Origin: Thalia democratica
Lineage: Eukaryota
Length of the DNA stretch: 64,000 nucleotides
Assembly: GCA_965202585.1 (NCBI GenBank)
Contig: OZ241826.1
Coordinates: 87,606,001-87,670,000 of the forward strand
Direction of reading: 5' to 3'
Shown: one piece after another, positions 36,738 through 50,826 of the stretch
How positions within the stretch are numbered: position 1 is the stretch's first letter
How the letters are laid out: each line of letters begins with the position of its first letter
Program-made: the position numbers and the translations under genes
The notes under the pieces: model-generated
What the model was told of the DNA's origin: nothing
What the model saw: the letters and a program-made list of their open reading frames with translations, nothing else
Databases searched by the model: none

Positions 36738-39700
36738 CTTTTTCTTTTAAATAATAAAAAACTCATAAATAATTTTTTAATGCAACTTTATTTATTACAT
36801 AATATATTTCTTAATATCATTAAGATGGTTTATTTTAAGTATTTTAAAATTTCTCAAATATAAGTTTAAAAAAATATTAAGTAGAATTTTTTATAATTAA
36901 ATCTTTTTTTGTTTATTTCTGTTATGAAAAGTTATTTTTTAGTATTTTTAGATTATGCTGAAATAAATTTATCTAAATATTGCAAAGGACATTTCCTTAG
37001 AGTTTGAGGTAAGTATCCTAAAAACTGTAGGAAAGAATATATTGTTCTTAGAAAACTTTTTTTTTGCAGTTTTAGTTTGCTCCTCTCACAAGGAACTTAT
37101 TGTTCTCTTGAATTTTACATTAAATTAAATTATTTACAGTTTTAATCAGAAAAAGGTATAAACTTTTTACAAATTTTAAACATTTTAAACCAGTTAATCC
37201 TTTAGCAGTGGCGTTGCGTTGTATTTTATTAGGGAGTGTGAAAGTTATAAAAAAACAAACTTGTAAGTTTTATTTTGAACTTATTCAAAATCTTTTTATG
37301 TTACAACTACACCAGTTTGTAAATGTTATAGAATATTTGTTTACTTAAAAGTTAAAGTAACTATAAATTATATTGATGCAAAACACTTCATTGTCTTAAT
37401 AGCTGGAATTACTTTTTATCAAATAAAAACTATGCTGGTCTTATTTTAGTAGTTTTTTTCTCGATTTGTCCCCTACTCTAGTTCAGCTTGTCAAATGCTT
37501 TAGTGAATTTTCAACATCGCAAAATGTGATATTTGATTCACACTGCGATGCACAAGATGCAAGTGACACAGATTGAGCCTGCTGCTCCGATTTATCAAAT
37601 TTTTGAAAGTCGAATGGAATGAATAAAAATAAAAAAGCTTATCAAATGAATTTGATAGCTAAATATAAACAAAATTTGTGAATTCTTCTTTTCTTTTTTT
37701 TGTGTGATTACGTGGTACATCAGCTTCAGTGTTTAAATTACAGCGTTAGTACAATTTTATTTGAATACGTTATTTATTAAATGAATATCTCATTAAGTTT
37801 TATAAGTTATTTAAAACAATTTTTTTTTTCAAAGTCGTAACTACACATTGTTAAACAACAGCTCATCAAAAATAAATAGTTCTATTGTAATGTTTGTTTA
37901 TGTTCTTAAATCTATTCTTATTTTTATCATCTCATAAATACTTAAAGAAGCTGTAAAATAAAAGCTGACAATATTGTAAAGGTAGTCAAAAAATTATAAT
38001 GTATAAATATTTTTCATCTTTAAATTACTCATTTATTTATATATTAGAATAAGATTTCATAATTAGTACAGCTTATAAATACTTTAAATTTGGTTTAGTT
38101 TTAAGTACCTCATTTTTTACAGAGTTTAACAAAAAGTACTAAAAGTTGGGTAAAACATGGGAAAAAAGTTTAGATAGTTCGTAAAACTTTATTTTGATTT
38201 TGTAAAACATATGTTCATATTACAGGAAATGTCAAAACAAATTTTAATAACGGTTTTTTTTAGATTTCGTCAGTTGTAAAAATGAGAGTTTAAAAAAAAG
38301 TAATAGTAGTCAAATTTAGGTAATAATATTGAATATAGTAACAAAAATAAACTTTCTTTTTGTATTATTCCTTGAGGCTAAACATTAAAATAGCTTTAAA
38401 ATTTTATATCAGTTTGTTTTTATTGAATGTACAGCTTTAAATGCATGAAAAAAATATTTTCATGTGTATGAGATGTCATTGTTCAAGTTTTAGTTAGGCT
38501 TAACCATTTTTCTTTAAAGTGTAAGCAGTTAAACGAACTAACTTAAAGAAAAAAAGTTTAAAGCATTTACGACTTAGTAAAAACAATTATGATCTTAAAA
38601 CAAGATTATTAAAAAATTGTTAAGTAAAATATACATTATTATCTATAGTGCTAATTTATACACTTAGTTTAACAACTAAAGTTAGATAAATTAAAAACAC
38701 AATACAAGAACCTTAGCTCCAATGATTTATTCTAAAATTAGCTTTTATTACCATTTGTGACTTTTTGTTTACAAAATTTATTGATATATTTTTAGGTATA
38801 CTTGTAAAGTATTTAAGTAATATATAAAAATTGAAAACTAAAAAATCATTTAGATGATTCCTCATAACTCTAATGGAAATGTAAGCTAATACTATAAATA
38901 ACATTTTAGTAACCAGTAGATAATTATAAGAGGATTTAAGTGATTTGTTTTTTGTCTAGTTTTTGATTAAATTTTTTTTTTATTAATGTTTATGAACTGG
39001 CAAGATTTATACTATGTTTGTTTTACAGCGTGCAAATCCGTTATTGAACACCAGTTTGGGAGCAGACAATATTTTTGAATTTTGTGAAAAAATAAGAAAT
39101 GAAGCATCACACATGCAAATTCAATTTCAATCGTTAGTTAGGTTGCTACAGTATTAAAAATACAAGCTTTTTTACTCACCTTTAAACGAAAAATAAACAT
39201 ATGGTTCTGTTAATATTCTTTTATTTTTTAGATGGCATGAATTTTTAAAGTACTTTAATATAAGCTTTTAAAACAAAGTTTTGTTTACAACTTTTTATCT
39301 CGTAAAAAATTTTCTCATTTTAAATAGTTAAATTGAAAAAAATCAATACATGATTTTTAAAATTAAGTAATATAAAATAAAATATTCAGTTTAAGGACAG
39401 AGTATGAAAAAGTTGTTGCAGAAAGAAATGAATCCCAAAAGTTAAGTACAAAGGTAATTTATAACAAATAAAATTAATTATACTCTACTAAAATTAATGT
39501 AGCTACATAATTTTTTTGACAATCAAGATTACACTATATTTAAGTGTGAAAAGTACAGGGCAACGTATTAAAATGTAAAAACCTAATAAATATTTTAATA
39601 CATTACGATGTAAAGTTCACTTAACAAATTAAAACATAATTTATCACACATTAAACTTTTTTTTTAAAGCAAAATTTTATTTCTAGTTTTACGATGATGC

Positions 39701-42135
39701 AACAAGTCTAAGCTTAGAAGTTCAAAAACGAGTGAGTTTTTAATAAATTGCCTAAAAAATTAATAAATTATAACTTAACAAAAACTAATAGAATTAATTT
39801 AAGTCAAAAAAATAAAAGGAAATGTTATTAGATATACTAAAAATCATAGTTGGTTAAAAATGTTCATAAATAAGTTTTTATATATAACATTTGATAAGTC
39901 AAAAACAAATTATTTAAAGTTTAATATAAAAATAGTGATACAGAGTTTAAACACTTTCAAGTAATATTTTTTTTTTACCAAAAAAATGTGAAATACTTTA
40001 TACGGGAATATTTCAATTTTTTAGAATATTTTTTCAACAGGGTGAAATAATAAACATTCTTTTTGGAATAATGAATTCAATTTTACCTTACTTACCACCT
40101 GAGGTTAGTTGTTGAACTATTTGATTTAATATATTTAAACATTCTGTTTGTTAATTAATTTTATAAGGTAAAATTAAAAGATTTATGTTTGAAAAAAAAA
40201 GAAAGCCTTTTTACTTAAATAATCATGGCACTCAATAATATATTTTTTTAATTATTTACGTTATTCAAAATGACTTTGAAATTATTAGCATATAAATTTA
40301 TTAACAAAATTTAAATCTTAACTTTAAACAATAAATTTATAATTTTTAGTTGTGAAACGTTATATGTAATAAAAGGATTTTGATAAGTTACTTTACAAAA
40401 GTTTTAGCTGTGCAAATTATAAAAAAATGTATATAATTTATGAGTGTGCATATTGTAGGCTTTATTTTTTAAAATGATTATTTTTTTACTTTTAAAAACT
40501 TATACTTTCTGTTTAAAATAGAATGGTTAAAGCCTTTAAGTTGAAATTGTTTATCAATTTTTGAGAAATGCAATAATTTTAGCTTTTAACAACAAACATA
40601 AGTTATTTCTAAATATTAGACTTCCTGTTACCGTTAGTAAATAAAGATTCTTCGTTATTTGAGTTTCCTGTTTTGATTTCAAGACATTTTTACTTTTTAA
40701 TCTAAAAAATATTCTACAAATTTATTAAGTTTGGAGTTTTTTAAACATGTAGTTTTTTTATTACTCACATAAATATAAGAAAATCAAATAAAAATAGGTA
40801 GAAATATATAATATAAAATTAAAGTGCTGGAGTAAACATTCTTTCTAAGCATTAAGAATAATTAATTTTTAATAAAACTATGTTTCAAGTAGTATTATAG
40901 TTTTACTATGTAATTGAATAAACAAAATATCTTTTTTAACAGCAAAGAAAGCGGGCTTCAACTGCTTTGGGACAAGCCATAGATCTAGACATCAATCAGT
41001 ATCTTGCTGTTAGTTTTTTTGTACAATATTACATGAATTGTAAGTTTCTTAAACAATAAATTTATAAAGTTACTTGAATGGTTACAATAAATAAAACACC
41101 TACTAACAAATAATTTTAATTTAACTTATACTAAACGATATTATTAAATATTACTTAGGGCTACTCTACATAAAACTAGGCATGACATGAATATACATAA
41201 TGTACTAAGTTACCATTGCAAACACTAACAAATATTAAAAACCATGAAATATATAAAATACTTAATGCTTTATAAGTTACTTTGAGTGTTATTAAAACCT
41301 TTAGATACAAAATCTAAAATAATTTCACCTTATGAGTCTTGAAATTAAAATAAGAACGAACTGCTTAAAACTAAAATAATAAAAATATATATGTGATGAA
41401 AACATTCTTAAATATAAACTTTACACAAAACAATCAATAAATATAAATGGCTATCCTAGAATAACATGTTTACTGCAGCAGGCTGTGGCTAGAACTACCC
41501 CACCACTCTTTGTGGCTGGTTTATATAGCAATGTCCTTAAATTTATTAACATTACATCAGGAACTTCATATCTGCTTTTTATTTTCTCTACTTTTCTCCT
41601 TAACTATCTTTCTTAACTGTATTAAAGTTGCTCCAGTATTTACAAACGTCGCATTCTGGTATTTTCAATTCAAACAAAAAACGGTTTCAAATACAACTTG
41701 GTGTACCGTTACAATATTTTTGTAACAAATAACTATCTTGGTAGTGTGTATCTTATAATAACGTATATAAGCTAAATTATTGACACATTAATATTTGTTT
41801 TGTTAAATCATAAATAACCTCTTTTAATATACTAATAATAACTTAAAATAAGTAATGACTACTGTTCATAAAATAGCATAATTATTTTTGGTCTGTTTAC
41901 TTTAGATAACTTGAACGTGTACTGCAATTATTTAGTTTTATTTATGCTAAATTGTTAACGATTTTACTGAATTTTTCAGAACAAACAGCGAAGTTTTCTT
42001 GCTCAACATCAAGGAATTCCAATAAATTTTACTTGATATCCAGCAGGAAATTCTTCGAGTTATCCAAGAAATTCGACAACAGTTACTCCTCAACAACTAT
42101 TTTTTAATCAAGTACAAAACTACGGTCAAGTACAA

Positions 42136-42400
42136 TTGCAAAGTATTCCTCAGCTAGCAGGTAATCCTCAGGTTCAAAGTATTCCTCAGCTAGCAGGTAA
42201 TCCTCAGGTTCATAATAATTCTCAAACACTAGACAACCCTAAGGTACAGAGTAATTCTCAGTTACAAGGTAACCCTCAAGTTCAAAGTAATACTCAGTTA
42301 CCTGGTAATTCTCAGGTTCAAGTTAATTGCCAGTTACTAAGTAACGCTCAGGTTAAAAGTACTAACCAAATGCTATGCAATGCTCAGGTCCAACATAAAC
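42136..42400 (+). repeat. 36-bp coding minisatellite (QSIPQLAGNPQV-like) in Groucho-like exon 6
   Basis: CAAAGTATTCCTCAGCTAGCAGGTAATCCTCAGGTT occurs twice identically, followed by ~5 diverged units. Confidence 0.8.
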
Positions 42401-44712
42401 AACAAATGCAAGTAAACACAGTATTTAATGCAGAAAAGATGCAAAGCGAACCAGCTTTAGCCAAGACGCAAAGTGAACCTCAGGTGTTCGAAAGTCATCA
42501 AAAAAATCCAAAGCTACCAAGAAACAGCAAAATTAACAAAACTTTTCCTTTATCTACATCTGCAGGCCAACAAATGACAAGTCAAAACAAACGTAATTAG
42601 CCAGCCAAAAAGTAATTTAACTAAATGAAATAGTTAGTTGTGTAAAAATTTAAGTATCTTAAAATGAGTTTTAATCTTATTTTGCTTGGTGTCTACAGAA
42701 AAACACATGTATTGGTGTAGTTTTAGTACAATATTCCCTAACCTAATTAGTTTTATGTCGGTATTTCAGTGTTTCAAGTAATCTAGATTAGTTAGAGTTT
42801 AATGTAAAAATGTTTATATATTTTGCTATATTCAAATATGTTTAATTAACTAAGTTACAATTTTAGGCATTTTTTTACGATAATTTGACAAAAGCTTTGT
42901 CTTTTTAGATAAATTTTTGATAAAGTTTCAAGCCTCGAATATTTGTTTGTAATTAATATTGAAATTGAAACTATCAATCTAGTTTAATTTCAACTTTTGA
43001 AAAATAGTTCATTTTATATTCTTTTAAGTCTTACTTTAGATGGTATAATTTTATTTTTATAATTAATAAGTAAATTTTCGAAGCTTTTGAATATTAAATG
43101 TGCTAGATTAATTAAGCAAAACTTCTTTAGGTCTAAATAATTCATTTCCTCAAGTTGAAAGAAACTCTTATGCTACTAATCAGGTTTGTTTATTTATTTA
43201 AAATATTATATAAGAAAACCAAATATACATAATATGTATTATTTAAAAACTCTTTATGTAACAAAACGTTTTGTACACTTTTTAAATAGGGTATTGAAAT
43301 ATAAGTTGAAAATAAATTAGACATTTAAAATTTTTTTTTTTTTAAAGTTAGTCCGTTTTTATAAATAATCTTACAGACTCTAGTTAATTAAGATTGAAGA
43401 CTTAAATTTATAGTTTTAACTTTGTTTTATAAAGTTCTTTTAGAATTTGTCAATGAAAAGTTAAGTAATTTTACAATACAAGTAAAATTATTCGAAATTT
43501 TTGTTTATGATGTATAAATAGTTTAGCTCTAATAAAGATAAATTCTAAAAGACAGAATATTTTAAATAAATTAAGTTAGGTAAAAAAAATTTCAAACGTT
43601 TTTGGGCGGGTTTTAATTTTTCTAAATGTTCAAAAAAAAAAGTTTAAAGTTAATAAAAAATTAAAACCAATTATTAACAGAATGGAGGTAACACTTAAAA
43701 TTTTATAAATGTTCACAATCAAACAGGTGCTCTTATGTTTGCACTAAACAAGTTAAATTTCACATGATAATTTTCTTTGAAGTATTTTTTTTTGTTGTTT
43801 GACGCTCACATGAAAAGTTAAAAACGTCAAAATTTATTATTTTCTCAAACGTTTGAAAATTTCATGTGACCGAAGAACAGCTGCTTTCTCGTTTTACAAC
43901 AAACTTTTCGAATTCTTTAAATTAATGAACTGTTTGTAAATTTTGCCGACCCTAAACTTAAAAGCTACCGATGTACTAGTGATAAGTGGTTTGTTAATAG
44001 ATTCACTTTTTTACGTTTAGTGACGTAGTTAGAAAAATCTACTTTCACATACACAACATCATAATGATAAATGTTATTTTTAGTTAACATTTTTGATTGA
44101 CATAATGCAGCTGATCATTTATTTTTGAACAATTTTTCTTAATTTTAGACTATTTAAACAAACTTTATGTCTTGTAATGGTTATTATAAGCAACTTTATT
44201 TTTATAAGTATTTTTAGAAACTTTAAAAATTAAAAAAACAGATTCAATAGACTTAATAAGTGACCTTAAAGGCACTACAACACTTTTAAATATTTATTTA
44301 AAACAGACATAATACAAGAAGGAATTCAAGTTGAATATTTATGCATTTAAAAATTTTAATTTTTTTTTTTAATTACAATTAATCAGTTTTTACACAAACT
44401 GAATTTTCTAACTGTGATCCTGCAATAAAAAAATTATTAAAATGACAAATTATGCAAAGTCAGATATAACATCAAAGTTGAATTTTACCATAAGTATTAA
44501 GTAAATTTGACTATTGTATAACAGCTGTTTAGGTTATTATACAATAAGAAAGATTTATTAATAAAGTTTAATATAATTTTTTTTTTAATTATATGAATAA
44601 AATCAACATTTATCATATGCTTTTTAGAAATTGAGTTGACATAGTTATACTTCTATTATTGTTATTAAAATAATTATTATTATACAAGACTTCATACTAG
44701 TACTGTATATAA

Positions 44713-44890
44713 CAGTGCTTCTGAACCTTTTTCTAGTGGCGGAACCCTTTTGCAAAGTTCAACTTTTCCACGGGACCCCTAATTTTAATTTTACATAAAA
44801 TATTAAATCAAATAAATGTTCTTTTTTATATTTCGAAAGGCTTAGCAAAACCCCTGAGAGGCGTCGCGGAACCCCATTTTAGAAGCACTG
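44713..44890. mobile_element. hAT MITE, 178 bp, intronic
   Basis: TIRs CAGTGCTTCT / AGAAGCACTG with a perfect 8-bp TSD GTATATAA (44705-44712, 44891-44898). Confidence 0.92.
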
Positions 44891-47289
44891 GTATATAAGG
44901 TTTATTAAAACTGTTTTCAACTCATTATTTTTTTGTACGAACAAACTACAAGGTATATCAGTAGAGATATGTAAAAAGATATAAAGTTATGTTCTCAAAC
45001 AAATCAATTAAGTACTTAAAAAATAAAAGCGTTCACGGAAATAGAAAGATGATGTTTTTTTTAAACGTAGTTTTAAATACTTATTTACTTTATTTACCAC
45101 CTAGTTTTATAAGTTTTAAGTTAATTAAGTTTAAAGCAACAAATTTATTCTTAATTAAAAGTAAAAAGTTAATTTGTTTTCAGAGTACTACACATAAAAC
45201 TATAACTGCTGTTGTAGACAATTTAAAACAGTCAATAACAAATGAATATGGTAAGGTACAAAAGCAGCGCCAAAGTGAACCAAATGTAAGTGAGAATATT
45301 GTGAATCAAATCATGCCTCTAACAAAAATTTCAAAGAAACGTAAATTCCAGGTTAACTTTTGTTTTTATTTGTTAATTGTCAAAACCAGTTTTATTTTAA
45401 GTATTCATAAACGTTAATAAGCAAACAACGTTTTGCAATCAAATTCCTTTAGATGTAAAATACTATTAATTTATGCTATAGTTTGATAACATTGTGAAAA
45501 AAAAATTTAACTTGTAATTATATTACATTTTATTTAAACTACTTATATCAAATAAATCAAATGACTATTGAGAACTGAGAACGTTTTAAAATCTACTTAG
45601 ATTAGATTAAATCAAACTATTAACATAAAGTTGTTATTTAAGTGAAAAAGATTGTTTTGTTTATAGTTTACAAAACAAGTTTAACTAACTGTTCGAACAA
45701 CTTTAACTAAGAGAAAAAGTTAGCGTCAAAAGTTGAAACTAAACTTTACAAACCTATTATATTGTTTTAGTCGACAAATTTAACGATCATTTTCATTTAT
45801 TTGTTAAATTTTACAATGAACTGAATAAAATATTTGTTTTTTTTTACAGAATGTAGAACAAAACAGTAGTTATGAACTAATAACTGAAGAATCAAAAGAA
45901 GTTAGATCTTTTATATTTAGATGGTAAAAAAAAACATATGCCTAGAAAGATGTCAAAGATTGTTCAAAATTTTATTCTTTTTACTTAATAAACACTTTAA
46001 ACTTAAAAAGCATAATATAAAAAACCGAGTTTTTTGGAAAATTTAAATAAAGATGATAGAAAATTAACAAGAAAACGGCTACAAATTATATTATTAAGCC
46101 AATTCTATTATTTTAAACTTTAGATTCAAGCTTCGACCCCACTAAAAGACATTCTACGTTGTAATAACAACAAAGTGTTTATAAAACACAATAGTTTCGA
46201 TGCTGCTAATATCAGTAGAAAATCAATTAGTCCTATTGACGCTCAAAGTAGTGAAGAATCAAAAAAGTTTGTACAGTATCTAATATAGAGACTTTCTGAA
46301 TAAAATAAAAACTGTTATTTTGGTGTTCCTTAACATAACTTTTTTATTTATATTTAAACCATGTTTAATCTGATAATTTGGTCAGTATAAAGTATTAATA
46401 AATCAAAACCAACTGTTAAATAAATTTGTTTTTATGTGTAAAAATACAAACTAAACAAGTCTGTTGTTTAATTATTTAGCTAAAAAATATATGTGTTAAA
46501 TATCTTTAACAAAACCTCTTGTAAAACACAGTGTTGCTATAGAAGACAACAAATCTTCCAATATATCTCACAGTACTCAAATCAGAAGAAGCTCAAACAC
46601 GTTTGTAATTTGTTAAGTGTAGATATAAGTAGTGTTTTCTTTTAAACCAGATTTTTAGACGTAGTTAAATAATGTCTAACAGCACTATTTTTTTTATAAT
46701 ATTTAATAGTGACTTTATAAAAACAAATAATTTAAAACTTAATTGATTTAAAAATAGTAGTTTAGCTAAAATTAGTTTTTGACTAAACAAAAAAGTAAAA
46801 GGCAAAGTACATTGCAATTTAATTTCGGTTTTTAACAACCACAAAACAGGTCATTTGGATCAAAAAACAGTGATTCCACAAATACAAACGTTGTAAATTT
46901 AAGTAAAAATTCAAACAATGCTAGTGGCACAATTAGTGATTCGTGGTCTATTTCAGGTTAATATTTAATTAAAATTTCTTTAAATTTCATTATTATTTTT
47001 AGTTCGTAGTAGATACATTAAATAAACAAAAACAAAAAGTTTTATCTGTTAATGTTGAATTCAAAAGTGAAAATTGTTACATATTTTAAATGACCAGTGT
47101 ACTAAGTTATGAGGTTACTTAAATTGTTTGCATTATCCTTTTGTTAAATAAAAATTGATTCCTCAATATTTGAACTTTCATTTTTAATCTAAAGCGACTA
47201 AATCTGTTTGCAGGGCAACAAAAAATTCTAAACAAAAACAAGTTCAATGATGTTAACTCTATGTCACAAACAGCTGATACTTTAATGTC

Positions 47290-47385
47290 GAAATCAAACA
47301 ATCATTCAACTATGACGTCACAAACGGCTCAACAGAATACTATGACGTCAAAAACAGCTCATCAGAGCACCATGACATCACAAAT
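47290..47385 (+). repeat. 30-bp coding repeat (TMTSQTAQQN-like, 3 units) in Groucho-like exon 12
   Basis: ACTATGACGTCA(C/A)AAAC(G/A)GCTCA repeated. Confidence 0.7.
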
Positions 47386-50300
47386 GCATCTTGGCAGTAA
47401 CATTGCACCTGTTAAACGTTATAACTCTAATGTACCAACTCATATCCCTACGGATGTTACTGAAAATCACAAATTATCACACAACCCTAGTATGAATTTA
47501 CAAAGTTATTCAAATAAAATAGGTCATAAGGCTAATACTGATTATATTTCGCCATCAGATATAACACCAAAAATGAGGTTAGTATTAAATTTTTAAGCTT
47601 CAAAGACATTTCTAAAGTAAAGGGTTCTAAATTAAAGTAAGTTTATCAGTTTTGATGACTATAATAATACAAGCCTAGTATAAAAAACTTCCTTATTTTT
47701 AAACAGAGTTCAGCCTTCTAGCTACTATATAAATTCGCAAACGGACGATAAACCACAAAGAGTGAAGGTCCCTGCAAACTACATGATCGGAATGCCTATT
47801 GTTAATAAGCTGTGTTCATTGATGCATGGCGAAGTTGTTTGCGCTCTTACTGTCGGTGATGACGAGCAACGACCTCTAGTGTACACCGGTGGTAAAGGAA
47901 CAGTAAAAATTAGTCTAACTTTTTCACTTAAAGATAAATATTCTACTTATTTTTTTAGTTAAACTATAGTTTTATTTTTAATGTCTCTGCACTATAATCT
48001 TTTTAATTAATTGGTTATTAAGTAATTGATATGTACAGTGTAGTACAGTACACTCCTCAGTTTGATATAATACCATAATTTATTTTTTTATTCATCAAAT
48101 TGATTGTAAATAATAAGGTTTAATACATTTTATTTAGTTCAGTATTTTAAGTTAATAAATGTATAGAATAAATATTGAAGTTAGTTTATATGTTTAAAGT
48201 ATATATTTATTTGAAAATACATTTAGACTTTATTTTCAAGTTTAATTATGATTATTTAGTTTTAAAATTTCATCTCTACTTAGATTTGGGATATTTCAGT
48301 AACAAACGAGAATCTGCAAGAAATAACAAAACCAGTGACGCATTTCAGTTGTTTTGATGACGATTACATAAGAAAATGCAAACTTATAAATGAGGGAAAT
48401 TCTCTTTTAATTAGCGGTGAATCAACATCAGTATCAGTGTAGGATCTTAATTGTGGGGGAGCCCCTAGATTAAAGGTTTTTTATGAATTTGATCAAAGTT
48501 ATTATTGATTTGATCATTATACATTTTTATCTAGCTGATTTTAAACGCATTTAAAGACTTTTTTCTTAAGACTTAGATTAACATATAAAGCCTAGTTTTT
48601 GTGCTAAATTTTCTAAATTAAATGACAAAAAAAAATGAAATTATTCTTTTTTTAAGATAATAATTACGCAGTTGACACTTATGTTTATTAAAGATAATCT
48701 GAATATTTTTGTAGTACAATAATATTAAGTACAAAACTAACTTTTGTATTGATAATTATTAAATTTTCGTCATTTTTTCATTTAATTAATATTTACAAGT
48801 CTCAAATAACATTACCGAACTTTCGATGGTGCTTAGGACTTGCAACTTCTCAGGACTCCAAAACATGTTTTACTTGTTGTACAGATGGAACCGTATGCAT
48901 GTTGGATTTGCACAATCAACAAATTGTTCAGTATGTGATAACTATTAAAAAAAAATTACCATTAGTTTACAGAAAGCTACAGTATAGAATGAATCTATAT
49001 AATTTTTATCTTAATTATAAAAAAATGTTTAAAACTTTATTTTATTTCGAATATAAAACCTTTATTGGTTTTGTTGTTTTGAATTATTTAACAGGCACAG
49101 TTAATAATTTGTTATGTATGTTTCTATTAAGCTACCATTATGAAGTTAAAGGTTTTATTTAAAATGCTTGTTAATTATTTAACCTCTTATTTTTTAACAG
49201 GCAGTTCGCAGGACACACGGGCGTAGCTTCATGTATTGACATTTCTCCTGATGGAGATAAATTATTTACTGGTGGATTTGACCAAACTATCAGATGTTGG
49301 GATATTCGTCACAATAAACAGGCTTCCATCATTAATTTTGATAGTAAAGTTTACACTTTGGGTTGTTCACCGAATGTCAATTGGATTGCAGCTGGGTTAG
49401 ATTTTTGTTTTTATTTTTATTATATATCTTTTTAGTTTATATTTACTTACAAAATACTTTTTATTTGTTGTATTTCCTTGCTTAAAACTTAAAAATGGAA
49501 ATATTTATCCCTAGATTTTTAATAATAAAACTTAATCTATAATTTTGATTAAAAGTTTTAATTTTTTATTTTGAAAACTCAAAATTAAATCAATAAACTC
49601 TTGCACCTATTTCTCTGTTTGTAAAATTAGATTTTATTCACATATAACATAATACCCTTAAAATGGAAAATCTTGGTCAGGACTGCTGATTATTACTTGT
49701 AACAACGTTTTACTCTTAAACTTTATACTTACTACTAAAACAAGCTCCAATAATCACATTTAGCATAAAGTTATTAAATTAGTTTAAGTCAAACGAAAGA
49801 AAATTTGCCTTCTTTAACATAAAGTTACAAATACAAAACCGCCAGGTATTATTTTTTTTCATTAATATGACACAAAATTAAGTCTATAGTGGTTAAAGTA
49901 ACTGGGAAAAGTTATTTTACTTAATCATCAAGTACTTTACATAAATGATGTATTTATTTTAAAGTAGTTTATCAATTATAAATACTAAGTTATACATTAA
50001 GATATAACAAAACAGATTAGAAAATGGTGACGTGGAAGTATGCAAATTGGATAATAGTGCAAAGTATCAGATGAAACATCACAATAAGAGTGTTACATCA
50101 CTTAAATATGCACACAAAAAAGACTGGTTTGTTACAACTGGGCAAGATCATTTGGTTAATTTATGGAAAAATCCCTATGGCGCGAATATTTTTAATGTTG
50201 GTTAATCATTTTTTGATTTTAAAACATTAAAGAACATTCATTTAAAGAGCTAAAATGTTTTGATTAATTTTATTACTTGGGAAAATTTTAAAGAATATAA

Positions 50301-50697
50301 GTTTTAATTGGGTGAACAATTATTCAAATACGGACAATTTTAACTCCGACATTTTTATTTTCTGTAATGTTTTAAAAGGGCCACAACTAAAAAGTTATAT
50401 TTCAGTTCAAACAATTTAAAAACACGTAGAAATTTCTTATTAACACCTAGAAATACTTTTTGTTTTCTAAGTTTTGGTTCTGTAACAAAAGTATTCTTTA
50501 AGTTTTCAGTATCTGAAATGCAATAAAACCCGTTTTTATTTATTTAAAACGTTTGCCTAGTTGATGTTTTAATAAACTGCAGACTTGACAGAATTTTAAA
50601 ATTTTAATATTTAATATTTTTAAATACTGAATCTTTTATATTATAGTTTCGTTATTTTTTTTTAATCTTAAAGATAAGTTTCGATTATATGTTTTAA

Positions 50698-50826
<129 letters not shown>

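Noticed and set aside
29364-38904. Short ORFs at 29364, 30155, 31770, 31885, 32506, 33579, 34287 and 38713
   Set aside because: Low-complexity translations overlapping microsatellites, MITEs or tRNA genes.
41470-41730. Coding-like relic on the minus strand inside Groucho-like intron 5
   Set aside because: Multiple stops and no recognisable motif; may be a transposon fragment but cannot be assigned.
43590-44040. GGGCGG and TGACGT motifs suggesting an intronic promoter
   Set aside because: Isolated short motifs with no associated transcript unit.
47909-48283. Possible U12-type AT-AC intron in the Groucho-like gene
   Set aside because: The 5' end is ATTAGT rather than ATATCCT and the 3' end is AG. 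A mutated GTTAGT donor is the simpler explanation.
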